64,000 bases of DNA from Ignisphaera sp. (GTDB taxonomy: Archaea; Thermoproteota; Thermoprotei_A; Sulfolobales; Ignisphaeraceae), in the NCBI GenBank assembly GCA_038889075.1, contig JAWAHS010000001.1, forward strand, positions 311,764-375,763, written 5' to 3'. The position numbers and the translations under genes were made by a program. This document shows, piece by piece, positions 47,602 through 56,563 of the stretch. The notes below the pieces were generated by a model. It did no database searches. It had not been told where the DNA came from and worked only from the letters and a program-made list of their open reading frames with translations. Positions within the stretch are counted from its first letter, which is position 1. Every line of letters begins with the position of its first letter.

Positions 47602-48657
47602 TTATGGAACTTTTCTATACGAACCTAGTAGCTTTATTTGAGTAGTTCTCCGTTTGAGTTCTTCTATAGCCTCAGAAACTCTTTCATCTCTTTCATAACC
47701 CTCGAATTCCATAAAGAATAGGTATTCCCATGGTTTACCCTTTATAGGTCTCGATTCAATCTTTGTTAAGTTAAGACCTCTTAATGCAAATGGTTCTAGG
47801 GCGCTATACAGAGCTCCTGGCCTATGCGGTAGGGTGAATATGATAGCGGTCTTCATTCCTACACCCTTTTCCAGAGCATTCCTTCCTATAACTATAAATC
47901 TGGTATAGTTATCCCTATGATCTTCTATACCTCTAGCAATTATTTCACCACCATATACATAAGCCGCTAGTTCTGAACCTATAGCTGCTACACCACTATT
48001 TTCAACAGCTTCTTTAACGGCATCTGATGTACTAGGTCTAGGTTCAACTCTTGCATTCTTCAATCTAGATTCTATAAAATTTCTACACTGGGCTAGAGCA
48101 TGTGGATGGCTAATAACAAGCTTTATATCATTGAAACTGGTGCCAGGCTTTACAATTAGGTTGTGTTTTATCCTAATCTCTGTTTCGCCACAGATTCTTA
48201 GATTAGAGTTTGCAAGAAGGTCTATAGTTTCACCAATACTACCCTCAAGAGAATTCTCGAGGGCTACCACACCATAATCAGCATCACTATTTTCAACAGT
48301 TCTAAAAACTTCCCTAATACTTGGCAATGGTGTAAATACCGCTCCACTATCGCTAAAGATTTTCAGTGCTGCCTCCTCAGTAAATGACGCCCTAGGACCT
48401 AGAAAAACTATCCTTAGAGGCTTTACAGTAGCTAGAGACATTCCATGGATATGATTAAATAGTATGTCTGTATAATATTCATCAATATCGAGTTCTCTAG
48501 CAATAGCTATAGCATCTCTTATCGACTCCATAGAAGCTCTATTCACAGCTTTCCAATCCATCCCTTTGATCAGTTCTATCCGTTTTCTCAATAGGTTAAC
48601 AATTTCTCTGTCAATATCCTTTAAATTATTTAGTAGGTTAGTGTAGCTGTCACACAA
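47602..48657 (-). CDS. pheA: Chorismate mutase/prephenate dehydratase
   Basis: N-terminal CM domain, FLGP..SFTE, ENSLEGSI, SHPHALAQC, NYTRF and ACT LTKIESRP motifs. Confidence 0.93.
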   Translation of the reverse strand: MCDSYTNLLNNLKDIDREIVNLLRKRIELIKGMDWKAVNRASMESIRDAIAIARELDIDEYYTDILFNHIHGMSLATVKPLRIVFLGPRASFTEEAALKIFSDSGAVFTPLPSIREVFRTVENSDADYGVVALENSLEGSIGETIDLLANSNLRICGETEIRIKHNLIVKPGTSFNDIKLVISHPHALAQCRNFIESRLKNARVEPRPSTSDAVKEAVENSGVAAIGSELAAYVYGGEIIARGIEDHRDNYTRFIVIGRNALEKGVGMKTAIIFTLPHRPGALYSALEPFALRGLNLTKIESRPIKGKPWEYLFFMEFEGYERDERVSEAIEELKRRTTQIKLLGSYRKVP

Positions 48658-48701
48658 ACTATTCCCCTAGCATATCTACTAAAGAGTCCCCTAAAATTTA
48701 A

Positions 48702-48720
48702 TGCTATCTTATAGATAGCA
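48702..48720. promoter_or_regulatory. Palindrome upstream of pheA, possible operator
   Basis: TGCTATCT-TAT-AGATAGCA next to a TATA-like TTAAATTT on the minus strand. Confidence 0.3.
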
Positions 48721-49348
48721 ATGCAGGTATTGCAAATACTACCACAATTTGCTATATTCTTCTAGTGGAAAGAAATCGAATACTATATAATGGTAAATTA
48801 ATGATAGATACAATATCGTATAAGCTTTTCATGAAATAGTATGGAATAGCTTTATGATATAGACAGACAGTTAAGAAGCCTAGCAGTAGACCACTACTAT
48901 AAAGTTATTGAAAGATTAGCCCTACTCCATCATGTATTACTTAAACCACCTAACACATAGCTACAATTATTTCTATTTCTATAATCTTAGAGACAGGTAA
49001 TGTAGTATCTATAGACTCTTCGAAGTCTTTGATTAAGAACTCTACATCTATTAACATCAAAGTACCTACATATACTCAACCCATCTTATATAAAACTGTA
49101 TTGAGGTACTGTCATAAACTCATAATCTATACCTGGAGAATGTAGTAATTACGTTGTGATAATGTTATCCCATATGCTCAATAGCGGGATTTAAAATGCT
49201 GTAAGAATTCCATACCTACTCCATCAAGTTAAAAATAATAATGATACCAAATTGAATAAATAGTAACAATTTATTGAAAATCTGATGTCAAAATAATAAT
49301 ATTTTTAAACTGCCTAGCAGTAAAAACTATACTAAATGGTAAGCATTA

Positions 49349-49672
49349 ATGTATAGAAACAGCGGATCTCCTACACCAGGTAACGTTAAAATTGAAAAAA
49401 TTATCGCTAGAGCTGTTAGACTCTACAATAAGTACAGATCCCCCGAAGCTATAAGCAGGACTGTTAAAATTAATGAAAATAGTGTTGAGATTTTATTTGA
49501 AGGACATTTCTGCAAAACTTGCGCCATTAATGACTGGATCGAAGATTTTAAATACGTTTTAGAGGATATGGGAATTGAAGCTGAACTTGAAAACATTATT
49601 GAACCTAGCAAATCTAGGGAAAATTGGCGAATAGGTGTATTTAGGCTTAAAAATATCAATCTTGAATCGTAG
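49349..49672 (+). CDS. Conserved archaeal hypothetical protein with FxGxFCxxC motif
   Basis: YNKYRSPEA and FEGHFCKTCAINDWIEDF. Confidence 0.65.
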   Translation: MYRNSGSPTPGNVKIEKIIARAVRLYNKYRSPEAISRTVKINENSVEILFEGHFCKTCAINDWIEDFKYVLEDMGIEAELENIIEPSKSRENWRIGVFRLKNINLES

Positions 49673-49677
49673 TAGGT

Positions 49678-50148
49678 GTGTCCAGAATGGCTGTAGAATA
49701 TGAACTAGATGAAAAGGATGTCAATCTAATTAAGATGCTTGCATCAAATGCTAGAGCAACATATACTGATATGGCAAAGGTTCTGGGTATAAGTGATGTA
49801 GCTGTTTTAAAGAGAGTTAAGAAGCTTGAAGCTAAAGTCTTAAAAAAGTATACTATAGTAATTGATCCTAGGAAGCTCGGATACAAAACGATCTCATTGA
49901 CCGGCATTGATGTAGAGCCTGAGAAGCTTTTCGATGTAATTACTAAACTCAAGGATAGCCAAATGATAAAGGGGCTTTATTTGACTACAGGTGATCATCC
50001 AATAATGGCTGTTATATGGGCAAAGGATGAGAATGATCTGGCTAAGATTCATAAGGAGATTTCCGAGGTTGATGGAGTTAGGAGGGTGTGTCCAGCAATT
50101 GTGCTAAGGACCTTAAAAGATATTGAACTGTGGTTTAGCATCGACTAG
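49678..50148 (+). CDS. Lrp/AsnC transcriptional regulator
   Basis: LDEKD..LASNAR..MAKVLGISDVAVLKRVKKLE HTH; TTGDH RAM domain. Confidence 0.92.
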   Translation: MSRMAVEYELDEKDVNLIKMLASNARATYTDMAKVLGISDVAVLKRVKKLEAKVLKKYTIVIDPRKLGYKTISLTGIDVEPEKLFDVITKLKDSQMIKGLYLTTGDHPIMAVIWAKDENDLAKIHKEISEVDGVRRVCPAIVLRTLKDIELWFSID

Positions 50149-50150
50149 CC

Positions 50151-50717
50151 CTACTCCTTTTTACCTTGTACGAGTGCCTTAAGTATCTGCATGATTATGT
50201 CCTCTAAGGCTTTACTACTCGATTCCTTTGATATTGGTGGAGATACTTTCTCCCCCTTTAGATATTTTATAGCACGTTCTTCAAAGTTGTCCAGAACCAG
50301 CTTAAGTTCAAATTCGTACATCACACCCTCATACTTCTCTTGATACTTTACAGAACCATCATCGTCAGCATACAATACTATTGTTGTCGGAGATGCATGT
50401 ACATCATATTTTTTAAAGCTTTCTGCTGCAGCTGTTGACTTACATTCCCTTGCAAACCAGTCACATAATATAATCATAAATCGTGTATCTCTCTTTTTTT
50501 GCGTATAGGATTCTACAAATGGAAACCATATTCCATCGTATTTTCTACATGCCGAACACTTAGTGTTATCAAAGTATATAACATATACCCCCTTTGAGTC
50601 AGGTTTAAAGTATTCACCATCACTTTTTATAAACCTCCACATACTATGTTCCGCACTATATTCATATATACCATGTGGACACTTCTCATCTACACGCTTT
50701 ACAAGTGTAGTGCTCAT
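50151..50717 (-). CDS. Thioredoxin-like protein
   Basis: YFDNTKCSACR and VHASPT motifs. Confidence 0.75.
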   Translation of the reverse strand: MSTTLVKRVDEKCPHGIYEYSAEHSMWRFIKSDGEYFKPDSKGVYVIYFDNTKCSACRKYDGIWFPFVESYTQKKRDTRFMIILCDWFARECKSTAAAESFKKYDVHASPTTIVLYADDDGSVKYQEKYEGVMYEFELKLVLDNFEERAIKYLKGEKVSPPISKESSSKALEDIIMQILKALVQGKKE

Positions 50718-50847
50718 CTACACTTTCACCAACTGTACTAAATGTTCTGGAAGATATATTTACTATATCTATAAGTTTAATAAATCTGTCTCTCCTGTTT
50801 AGTATTACTTAGGGTTTAGCATATCTATTATACAGATAGAAATAGAA

Positions 50848-51246
50848 TTGGGAACGTGGATGACTACATATGTAATGTTAGGTCTATTTAGAGGAGATAG
50901 ATTTGGATATGCTAGAGCCTTAGCTGATATTGATGCAACTACTAGTGTTATTTTAAAGAAAGTTGCGGAATCTATTAGATGCATTGAAAATTTAGATAGG
51001 TATTTCGATATTTATATACCTAATGCGGGGTTGGCTAAAACCGATAAAATATGTGTAATTGATAAAGCTATTATAGATGGTAGTTTTGTGGAGCTCAGGA
51101 CGATACTGTATGTGGTTGAAAACGATGTTTTAAAACCTCTTCACTGTGAAGCTATTCTTGGTAGGGATATTTTTCTCTGGTGGAGATTGGTTTACGATAA
51201 ATCGTTTCAAAGAGTTAAAAGCTTAATAGCGCAAACAGTGCAGTGA
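50848..51246 (+). CDS. Degenerate retropepsin-like (clan AA) protein
   Basis: ALADIDATTSVI ~ ALVDTGATxxVI; AILGRD motif. Confidence 0.5.
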   Translation: MGTWMTTYVMLGLFRGDRFGYARALADIDATTSVILKKVAESIRCIENLDRYFDIYIPNAGLAKTDKICVIDKAIIDGSFVELRTILYVVENDVLKPLHCEAILGRDIFLWWRLVYDKSFQRVKSLIAQTVQ

Positions 51247-51279
51247 AGTGTTTATTAATAGATGGGTGTTGTAAGGTTG

Positions 51280-51906
51280 CTATGATCTATCATCAATGTA
51301 ACATATGTTGTCTAAGACTATATTTGTTATTGAGAGAAAATTCCATAGTTTCAATCCTATTTCAGTATTACCATATCCATCGGATGCAACCTTTATATAG
51401 AAACCCTTTCCACAATCTCCTATACTATTTTCAAGTTCATTTATATTTCTATGGAGGGGTAAATTCAATTGCTGTAGACCTAGTGAATAGGCATATTGTA
51501 AACAGCTATCAATGAATTCAAATCCTATGCCAATCCTTTTAGCAAAAAGCTTTTTTAGAAAACCTATACACGAGGGTTCATCGACATGCAATCCCTTTAC
51601 CGAATCACCTCGACAAAGTAGAGACGTTTTTAAATTATTAATTGAAAAACATATGTGTACATCTCTTCTAATACCGTATGATAACATAAGGGCGGCTCTA
51701 ATAGCTTTACATAGCAAGGTGTACAGAATATTACCATCCACATGCCATGAGAATTCAATAATGTATAGCCTAGATACATGCGTTGCAAATGCGTGTTCTT
51801 CTTCTTCATCAAGTAAGCTGGTCTTCTTGTCTTGCAATGAGGATTTCTTAATAAGTTTCCATGACTGTGTACTGGGATGCAACTTGACCATCCTTAGTAT
51901 ATACAA
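51280..51906 (-). CDS. TrmY-like SPOUT protein, paralog B (SAM knot eroded)
   Basis: LLCKAIRAALMLSYGIRRDV, GDSVKGLHVDEPS and ITNIVLD motifs. Confidence 0.7.
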   Translation of the reverse strand: MYILRMVKLHPSTQSWKLIKKSSLQDKKTSLLDEEEEHAFATHVSRLYIIEFSWHVDGNILYTLLCKAIRAALMLSYGIRRDVHICFSINNLKTSLLCRGDSVKGLHVDEPSCIGFLKKLFAKRIGIGFEFIDSCLQYAYSLGLQQLNLPLHRNINELENSIGDCGKGFYIKVASDGYGNTEIGLKLWNFLSITNIVLDNICYIDDRS

Positions 51907-52297
51907 TTAGTATCAGTGCTACTACCTTCTACTCAACTCTATAGCGTTAGAGTCTGCAAAGCTCTACCCTGCTTTCTTTCCTAACATTGTGAACCCTGGC
52001 CACATGCTGTCTGTCAACATTCTGAAGAAATCTCTTCAGATTTTAAACTATTTTTAGACTTTGCGAAATCTGGTATTAATTGTAGAGGTACAACTATTGG
52101 TATAAAACTACTACTGTATATTGCTATTAGTTTCACAGCCTAATACCCTCTATCTCCAGCTTTACTAAATCCATATCTTTTCTAGTCTATAAAAGATTTA
52201 ATACGTTTGTACATCATCTACAACATGCTCAGAGTCCCTGAAAATTAGATAGTTTATTATCCTCCCTGCACAGTTATTATTAAATCACCAGAATTCA

Positions 52298-52939
52298 GTG
52301 TATATAATGGTTGTAGTCATCTTAGTATATACCGTTGGCTCACCGGATATATATAGAATAAGGGTAGTTAGAGGTGTTGATCAAAGATTTGGAAGGCTAG
52401 ATATAGTTGCGCGAATTATGGATGTATTGCTAGATGATGCATTTAAAGATGTTGATAAATATTTAATAGTATATATTGAGAGTATAAAGATGGCTGTACA
52501 TATAGATGTAGACGCTGTTGATAAAAGATTCTATAGAGAGGTGGAACTGTATAACATTCTGTTGCGATGCATAAACAGTAGCACAACATTCTGCTCTAAA
52601 ATTGAGATAGACTTTGAACTGCTTTTGGAAATGCTACAGGCAAGATATGAGATTGCAGTACTTAGTGAGGAGGGCAATATACTATTCCCGGATTGTATAG
52701 GAGTAGATACTGTATATGTAGTCGGTACGGAAGAAGATCCTCCTAAAGATGTTGTAGCAAGATATAGGAAGATATCAATAGGACCGCTAAGTTATCAGGC
52801 GGACCAAGTTGTTAGTTACTTAGCATGGATCATTGCAAGAGGAAAGTCTAGACGGCCCGATCCCAGCTTAGGTGGGCTGCGGCCCCTCTCGGAAGCCACA
52901 GCCTCACCTAACGTGGCTGGCTTAACTTCCGGGATCTGA
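52298..52939 (+). CDS. trmY: TrmY-like tRNA (pseudouridine54-N1) methyltransferase, paralog A
   Basis: GRLDIVAR, LSEEG, VYVVG and ISIGPLSYQADQ motifs. Confidence 0.75.
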   Translation: MYIMVVVILVYTVGSPDIYRIRVVRGVDQRFGRLDIVARIMDVLLDDAFKDVDKYLIVYIESIKMAVHIDVDAVDKRFYREVELYNILLRCINSSTTFCSKIEIDFELLLEMLQARYEIAVLSEEGNILFPDCIGVDTVYVVGTEEDPPKDVVARYRKISIGPLSYQADQVVSYLAWIIARGKSRRPDPSLGGLRPLSEATASPNVAGLTSGI

Positions 52940-52980
52940 CGAGTCCGGGTGTTGCCCAGCCACTATGGCCGGGTCGGGCC
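52854..52980 (-). rRNA. rrf: 5S rRNA (unlinked)
   Basis: GGCCCGACCCGGCCATAGTGG..AACACCCGGACTC..CCGGAAGTTAAGCC..AAGCTGGGATCGGGCC, crenarchaeal 5S pattern with paired ends; TTTTAAGC about 25 nt upstream. Confidence 0.95.
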
Positions 52981-52991
52981 ATATAACTCCA

Positions 52992-53330
52992 CTAATGTAC
53001 ATTGCTTAAAAGCTTTACTGTCTTTTCTCTAGTTTCCTTTATTGTCACTGGCACTACATATATCCTCTCTATTACTACGTTAGAATTGCACTTGGGGCAT
53101 ACACCATCAATTTTGCCTACGAAATCTCCCTCTCTAAATTCACGTTCTAGTGTATAATCATTGTTTATACACGATGCTATTGTTATTGTTTTTGATGGTT
53201 GTTCCTGTAACTCACTTTTATTTCTTCTCATCATATATCCTAGTCCGGATCTTACGAGATATACTAGTATGGCAACGAAGAATGCTATAAGTACTATTGT
53301 GAAGATGTTGCTATCTATCTGCATGTACAT
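52992..53330 (-). CDS. Membrane-anchored zinc-ribbon-like protein
   Basis: N-terminal TM helix; EREFREGDFVGK..CPKC..IERIY; coupled to the DUF1512 gene. Confidence 0.7.
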   Translation of the reverse strand: MYMQIDSNIFTIVLIAFFVAILVYLVRSGLGYMMRRNKSELQEQPSKTITIASCINNDYTLEREFREGDFVGKIDGVCPKCNSNVVIERIYVVPVTIKETREKTVKLLSNVH

Positions 53331-54448
53331 CAGTACACACCTACACTATTTCCTATGCCAGCAACAATTACATTATCACCTGGTTTCGTTCTGGTTAGTA
53401 TAATATTTAGAACTCTTTGATAAGCTTTATCAATACTTTCTGCAATCTCCTTGGACATCGGCTTTATCGCTTCATCAACACCCATCTTAATTATAACGGC
53501 ATCGAGAGGTGCACCACATTTTACAGCTACTCTCTCTATCTCTATTTTTTCAGGACCCGGATCTCCTATAGCAGCTCCTGAACCCTCTGCTATAGTACCC
53601 GTCTGTTCACCCTCAAGTTTTAGAGCGGCATCTATTGTTATGATTCTTGCAACTCTATGTGAAAGCATTTCGGCTATTTTGGATACTCCTTTACCAGGTC
53701 TACCTACAGTGGCTCCAGGACCTTTTGCTTTGACAATATACACATTCCTACCCTCAATATTAATTAGTGAGTAAACAGTATCTTCATCTATATCTATTCT
53801 AGGACTAAGACCAGCTAATTTAAATGCAACCATAGGTCCCACGGAATCCCCTATTGGAATGCCTTTAAATACACCATCTATTGCTTTTGTATATGGTATT
53901 AGCTCCTTCACAAGCTGTGGCAATAGCAGATACAGTTGCATTAACAGAACCCAGTTCTCATATTTTTTACCAAGTAGGTAATAGTGCCTTAGAACTTTGA
54001 ACACTGTAAAAAGGGCAGATGCTATGGCAAGGGAAACTGCTACATTGTTTAAGGTATGTCTGCTTACACCTGGTACAAATCTCTCTAGATCTTTCTTAAA
54101 TTTATCCTCATTATTCACTATCATGTGGTCTAGTCTCTTGATAATATCTGTAGGCTCTATAGATACGGGATCTATAACAAAGTAGTTATCGAGAACACCG
54201 TTAATGACGGCATCGGATTCCTTAATGCCTAGTCTATTGAGATAGCTTTTTACCTTATTTATGCTCTCCCGCACCAGGGTTTCCACAAGCATTAAACGCG
54301 TAGCAACACCTCTTTCATATCTCATAAATTGCGTCTTTTGAGGCAGATCTGTTAGGAAGTAGAGTATGAATACTGCCCAAAATAATATCGATAATATTGT
54401 ATTTAGGTCTATACCACCCCCACCATTAGAGAGAGGCAGTAGTGAAAT
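53330..54448 (-). CDS. DUF1512 family protein (GPR/HybD peptidase-like fold), probable non-canonical start
   Basis: PIGDSVGP, IDAALKLEGE and GIGNSVGV motifs; the frame stays open upstream of ATG 54325 and encodes a TM helix, with ATT 54448 / ACG 54451 after GGTG. Confidence 0.8.
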   Translation of the reverse strand: MSLLPLSNGGGGIDLNTILSILFWAVFILYFLTDLPQKTQFMRYERGVATRLMLVETLVRESINKVKSYLNRLGIKESDAVINGVLDNYFVIDPVSIEPTDIIKRLDHMIVNNEDKFKKDLERFVPGVSRHTLNNVAVSLAIASALFTVFKVLRHYYLLGKKYENWVLLMQLYLLLPQLVKELIPYTKAIDGVFKGIPIGDSVGPMVAFKLAGLSPRIDIDEDTVYSLINIEGRNVYIVKAKGPGATVGRPGKGVSKIAEMLSHRVARIITIDAALKLEGEQTGTIAEGSGAAIGDPGPEKIEIERVAVKCGAPLDAVIIKMGVDEAIKPMSKEIAESIDKAYQRVLNIILTRTKPGDNVIVAGIGNSVGVY

Positions 54449-54576
54449 CGTTTTGCAACACCATGATTTAGCTCTTTGTGCTAGGTAGAAAGCTTAGCAT
54501 TATAGGGTTATTAAATTAATATTAACATAATCACAGTGTCGATTGTGTTCTAAAACCTTTTTAATATTTTAACGAT

Positions 54577-55503
54577 TCAACAACCATCCGTTGTCACAAT
54601 CTTTTCACCATTATTACTGATCATTACCGTGTGCTCGTATTGCGCTACAAAACCTTTGGACCTCTCTATAAGTATAGGGTAGCCAACTGCTAATCCTTGG
54701 GATAAAAAGATTTTGATAGAATGCAACAGTAATTCTAATTTGTATCTATCGGTATACCATCTTAGCGCAAATGGTAGTGCTCTCCTTTCGCTATATATAG
54801 TATTGAATACAATTTGAATATCGCTGCTCAGCTTATTTAATTTCTTAGGATTTAACTTTAGGGAATATATCGTGGTCCTATCCCCATTCTCAACATAGCC
54901 TGCACCTGTTGAGGCAAATGGTTCTATTGCATAGACGCTGCCAGATTTAAAGCTTCCAAAGTTCGTTCTATCTCTAAAATTCGGTATTACATCACCAGCG
55001 TGTATTGTATATCTATCTACACTATGTCCACTCAAATTGTATATAGGGCTGTAGCCGTAGCTCTTTATAGTTTTATCAATAATGCTTCCAACCTCATTAA
55101 ACTTGACTCCCTTATTGACAACCTTAATAGCCCTTTCAAGAGCCTCCCTAGCTGCCTCAGCTAATGTTCTGTATTTTTCATCAAAAACTATGGTTAAGGC
55201 TGTATCTGCTATATAACCATCTACGTGAACTCCTAGATCTATTTTAACAATAGAATTTTCTGTAACCATTAGTTTATCGTCTAGTTCGGGTGTATAATGA
55301 GCTGCAATGCTATCGACAGAAATATTTGTAGGAAAAGCAGGTGCTGCATTAAGTTCAACAATTCTCTGTTCAACATATTTAGCGATGTCTATGAGGTTCA
55401 TACCTACCTTAACATACTTTTCAACTTCTTTTCTTACAATGCAAGCTATCCTACCTGCCTCAATATATTTTTGAATGGCTTCATCGTCTAACATTAGACA
55501 CAT
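54577..55503 (-). CDS. map: Methionine aminopeptidase type II
   Basis: AFPTN, AAHYTP, KIDLGVHVDGYIAD, GHS, IEPF and QYEHT motifs. Confidence 0.95.
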   Translation of the reverse strand: MCLMLDDEAIQKYIEAGRIACIVRKEVEKYVKVGMNLIDIAKYVEQRIVELNAAPAFPTNISVDSIAAHYTPELDDKLMVTENSIVKIDLGVHVDGYIADTALTIVFDEKYRTLAEAAREALERAIKVVNKGVKFNEVGSIIDKTIKSYGYSPIYNLSGHSVDRYTIHAGDVIPNFRDRTNFGSFKSGSVYAIEPFASTGAGYVENGDRTTIYSLKLNPKKLNKLSSDIQIVFNTIYSERRALPFALRWYTDRYKLELLLHSIKIFLSQGLAVGYPILIERSKGFVAQYEHTVMISNNGEKIVTTDGC

Positions 55504-55565
55504 CCATAAAGTTTTTGTTTTGTACTATGAAAATATTTTACTCTGAATAAATATCTATTCCCCAA

Positions 55566-56294
55566 ATGAAAGTATTTTATATAATTTTGGTGATAATAAT
55601 GTTTAGCATAAAATGGCTAGGCCATGCAGCATTTGTAATAGAACTTGCTAATAGAATAGTTTTAATTGATCCTTGGATAACAAATCCCCTATCTCCATAT
55701 AAAAGTGTAGATAGCTTTATAAAAGAGTATCATAGGATAGACTATATGATTGTAACCCATGATCATGGTGATCATGTAGGTGAATCCGTAGAACTCCTAA
55801 GAAGATATAGAGATGTAAAGATATGTGGTATATTTGAATTAGCTGAGCATCTCGCTAGTGAAGCAAAGGCTATTGATAGATCGGTGCCGGGAAATATCGG
55901 AGGTCCTATAAAACTAGATGAGTTAGTAACAATAGTATTCACACCAGCAAATCACAGCTCATCCAAAGGTGTAGCAAGTGGAGTGGTTATCATATCAGAA
56001 AATTTCTCCATTTATCACGCTGGTGATACAGGGCTGTTTAGTGAGATGGCATTGATATCAGAGTTATACAAACCCACAGTAGCACTCCTTCCAATAGGGG
56101 GTCACTTTACAATGGGTGTAAAAGAAGCTGTTAAAGCTGTTGAGCTTCTTAAACCTCGATATGTCATACCCATGCACTATAATACATTTGATGTAATTAA
56201 AGCGGAGCCTACTGAATTTAGTAAGATGGTTGAAGATAGAAGATTGGATACAACTGTGATAATACTTAAACCAGGAGAAAAATACAGCTTTTAA
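55566..56294 (+). CDS. Metallo-beta-lactamase-fold hydrolase (UPF0173-like)
   Basis: WLGHA, IDPW, THDHGDH, YHAGDT and PMHYNTF motifs. Confidence 0.92.
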   Translation: MKVFYIILVIIMFSIKWLGHAAFVIELANRIVLIDPWITNPLSPYKSVDSFIKEYHRIDYMIVTHDHGDHVGESVELLRRYRDVKICGIFELAEHLASEAKAIDRSVPGNIGGPIKLDELVTIVFTPANHSSSKGVASGVVIISENFSIYHAGDTGLFSEMALISELYKPTVALLPIGGHFTMGVKEAVKAVELLKPRYVIPMHYNTFDVIKAEPTEFSKMVEDRRLDTTVIILKPGEKYSF

Positions 56295-56563
56295 CTTATC
56301 TTACCTTAACCTCTCCAACACGTATTTAGGATACCTCTTTTTAAATCAATCCTCAGGATAATTTAGGCATACAACCATTATATATACATCTATTTCCACG
56401 AGGCCAGCGCAGATTACTGTGATGTATTTATTAAGAATATATTAAAAGTATCAATATATTTATATATAGCTTTGCTAGGTGCATGCAAAGACATAAAAAT
56501 ATAAATACCCTATCGACATGAAGATACAGATGTTAAACCACCTATACCCTATGGGGGTTATAT

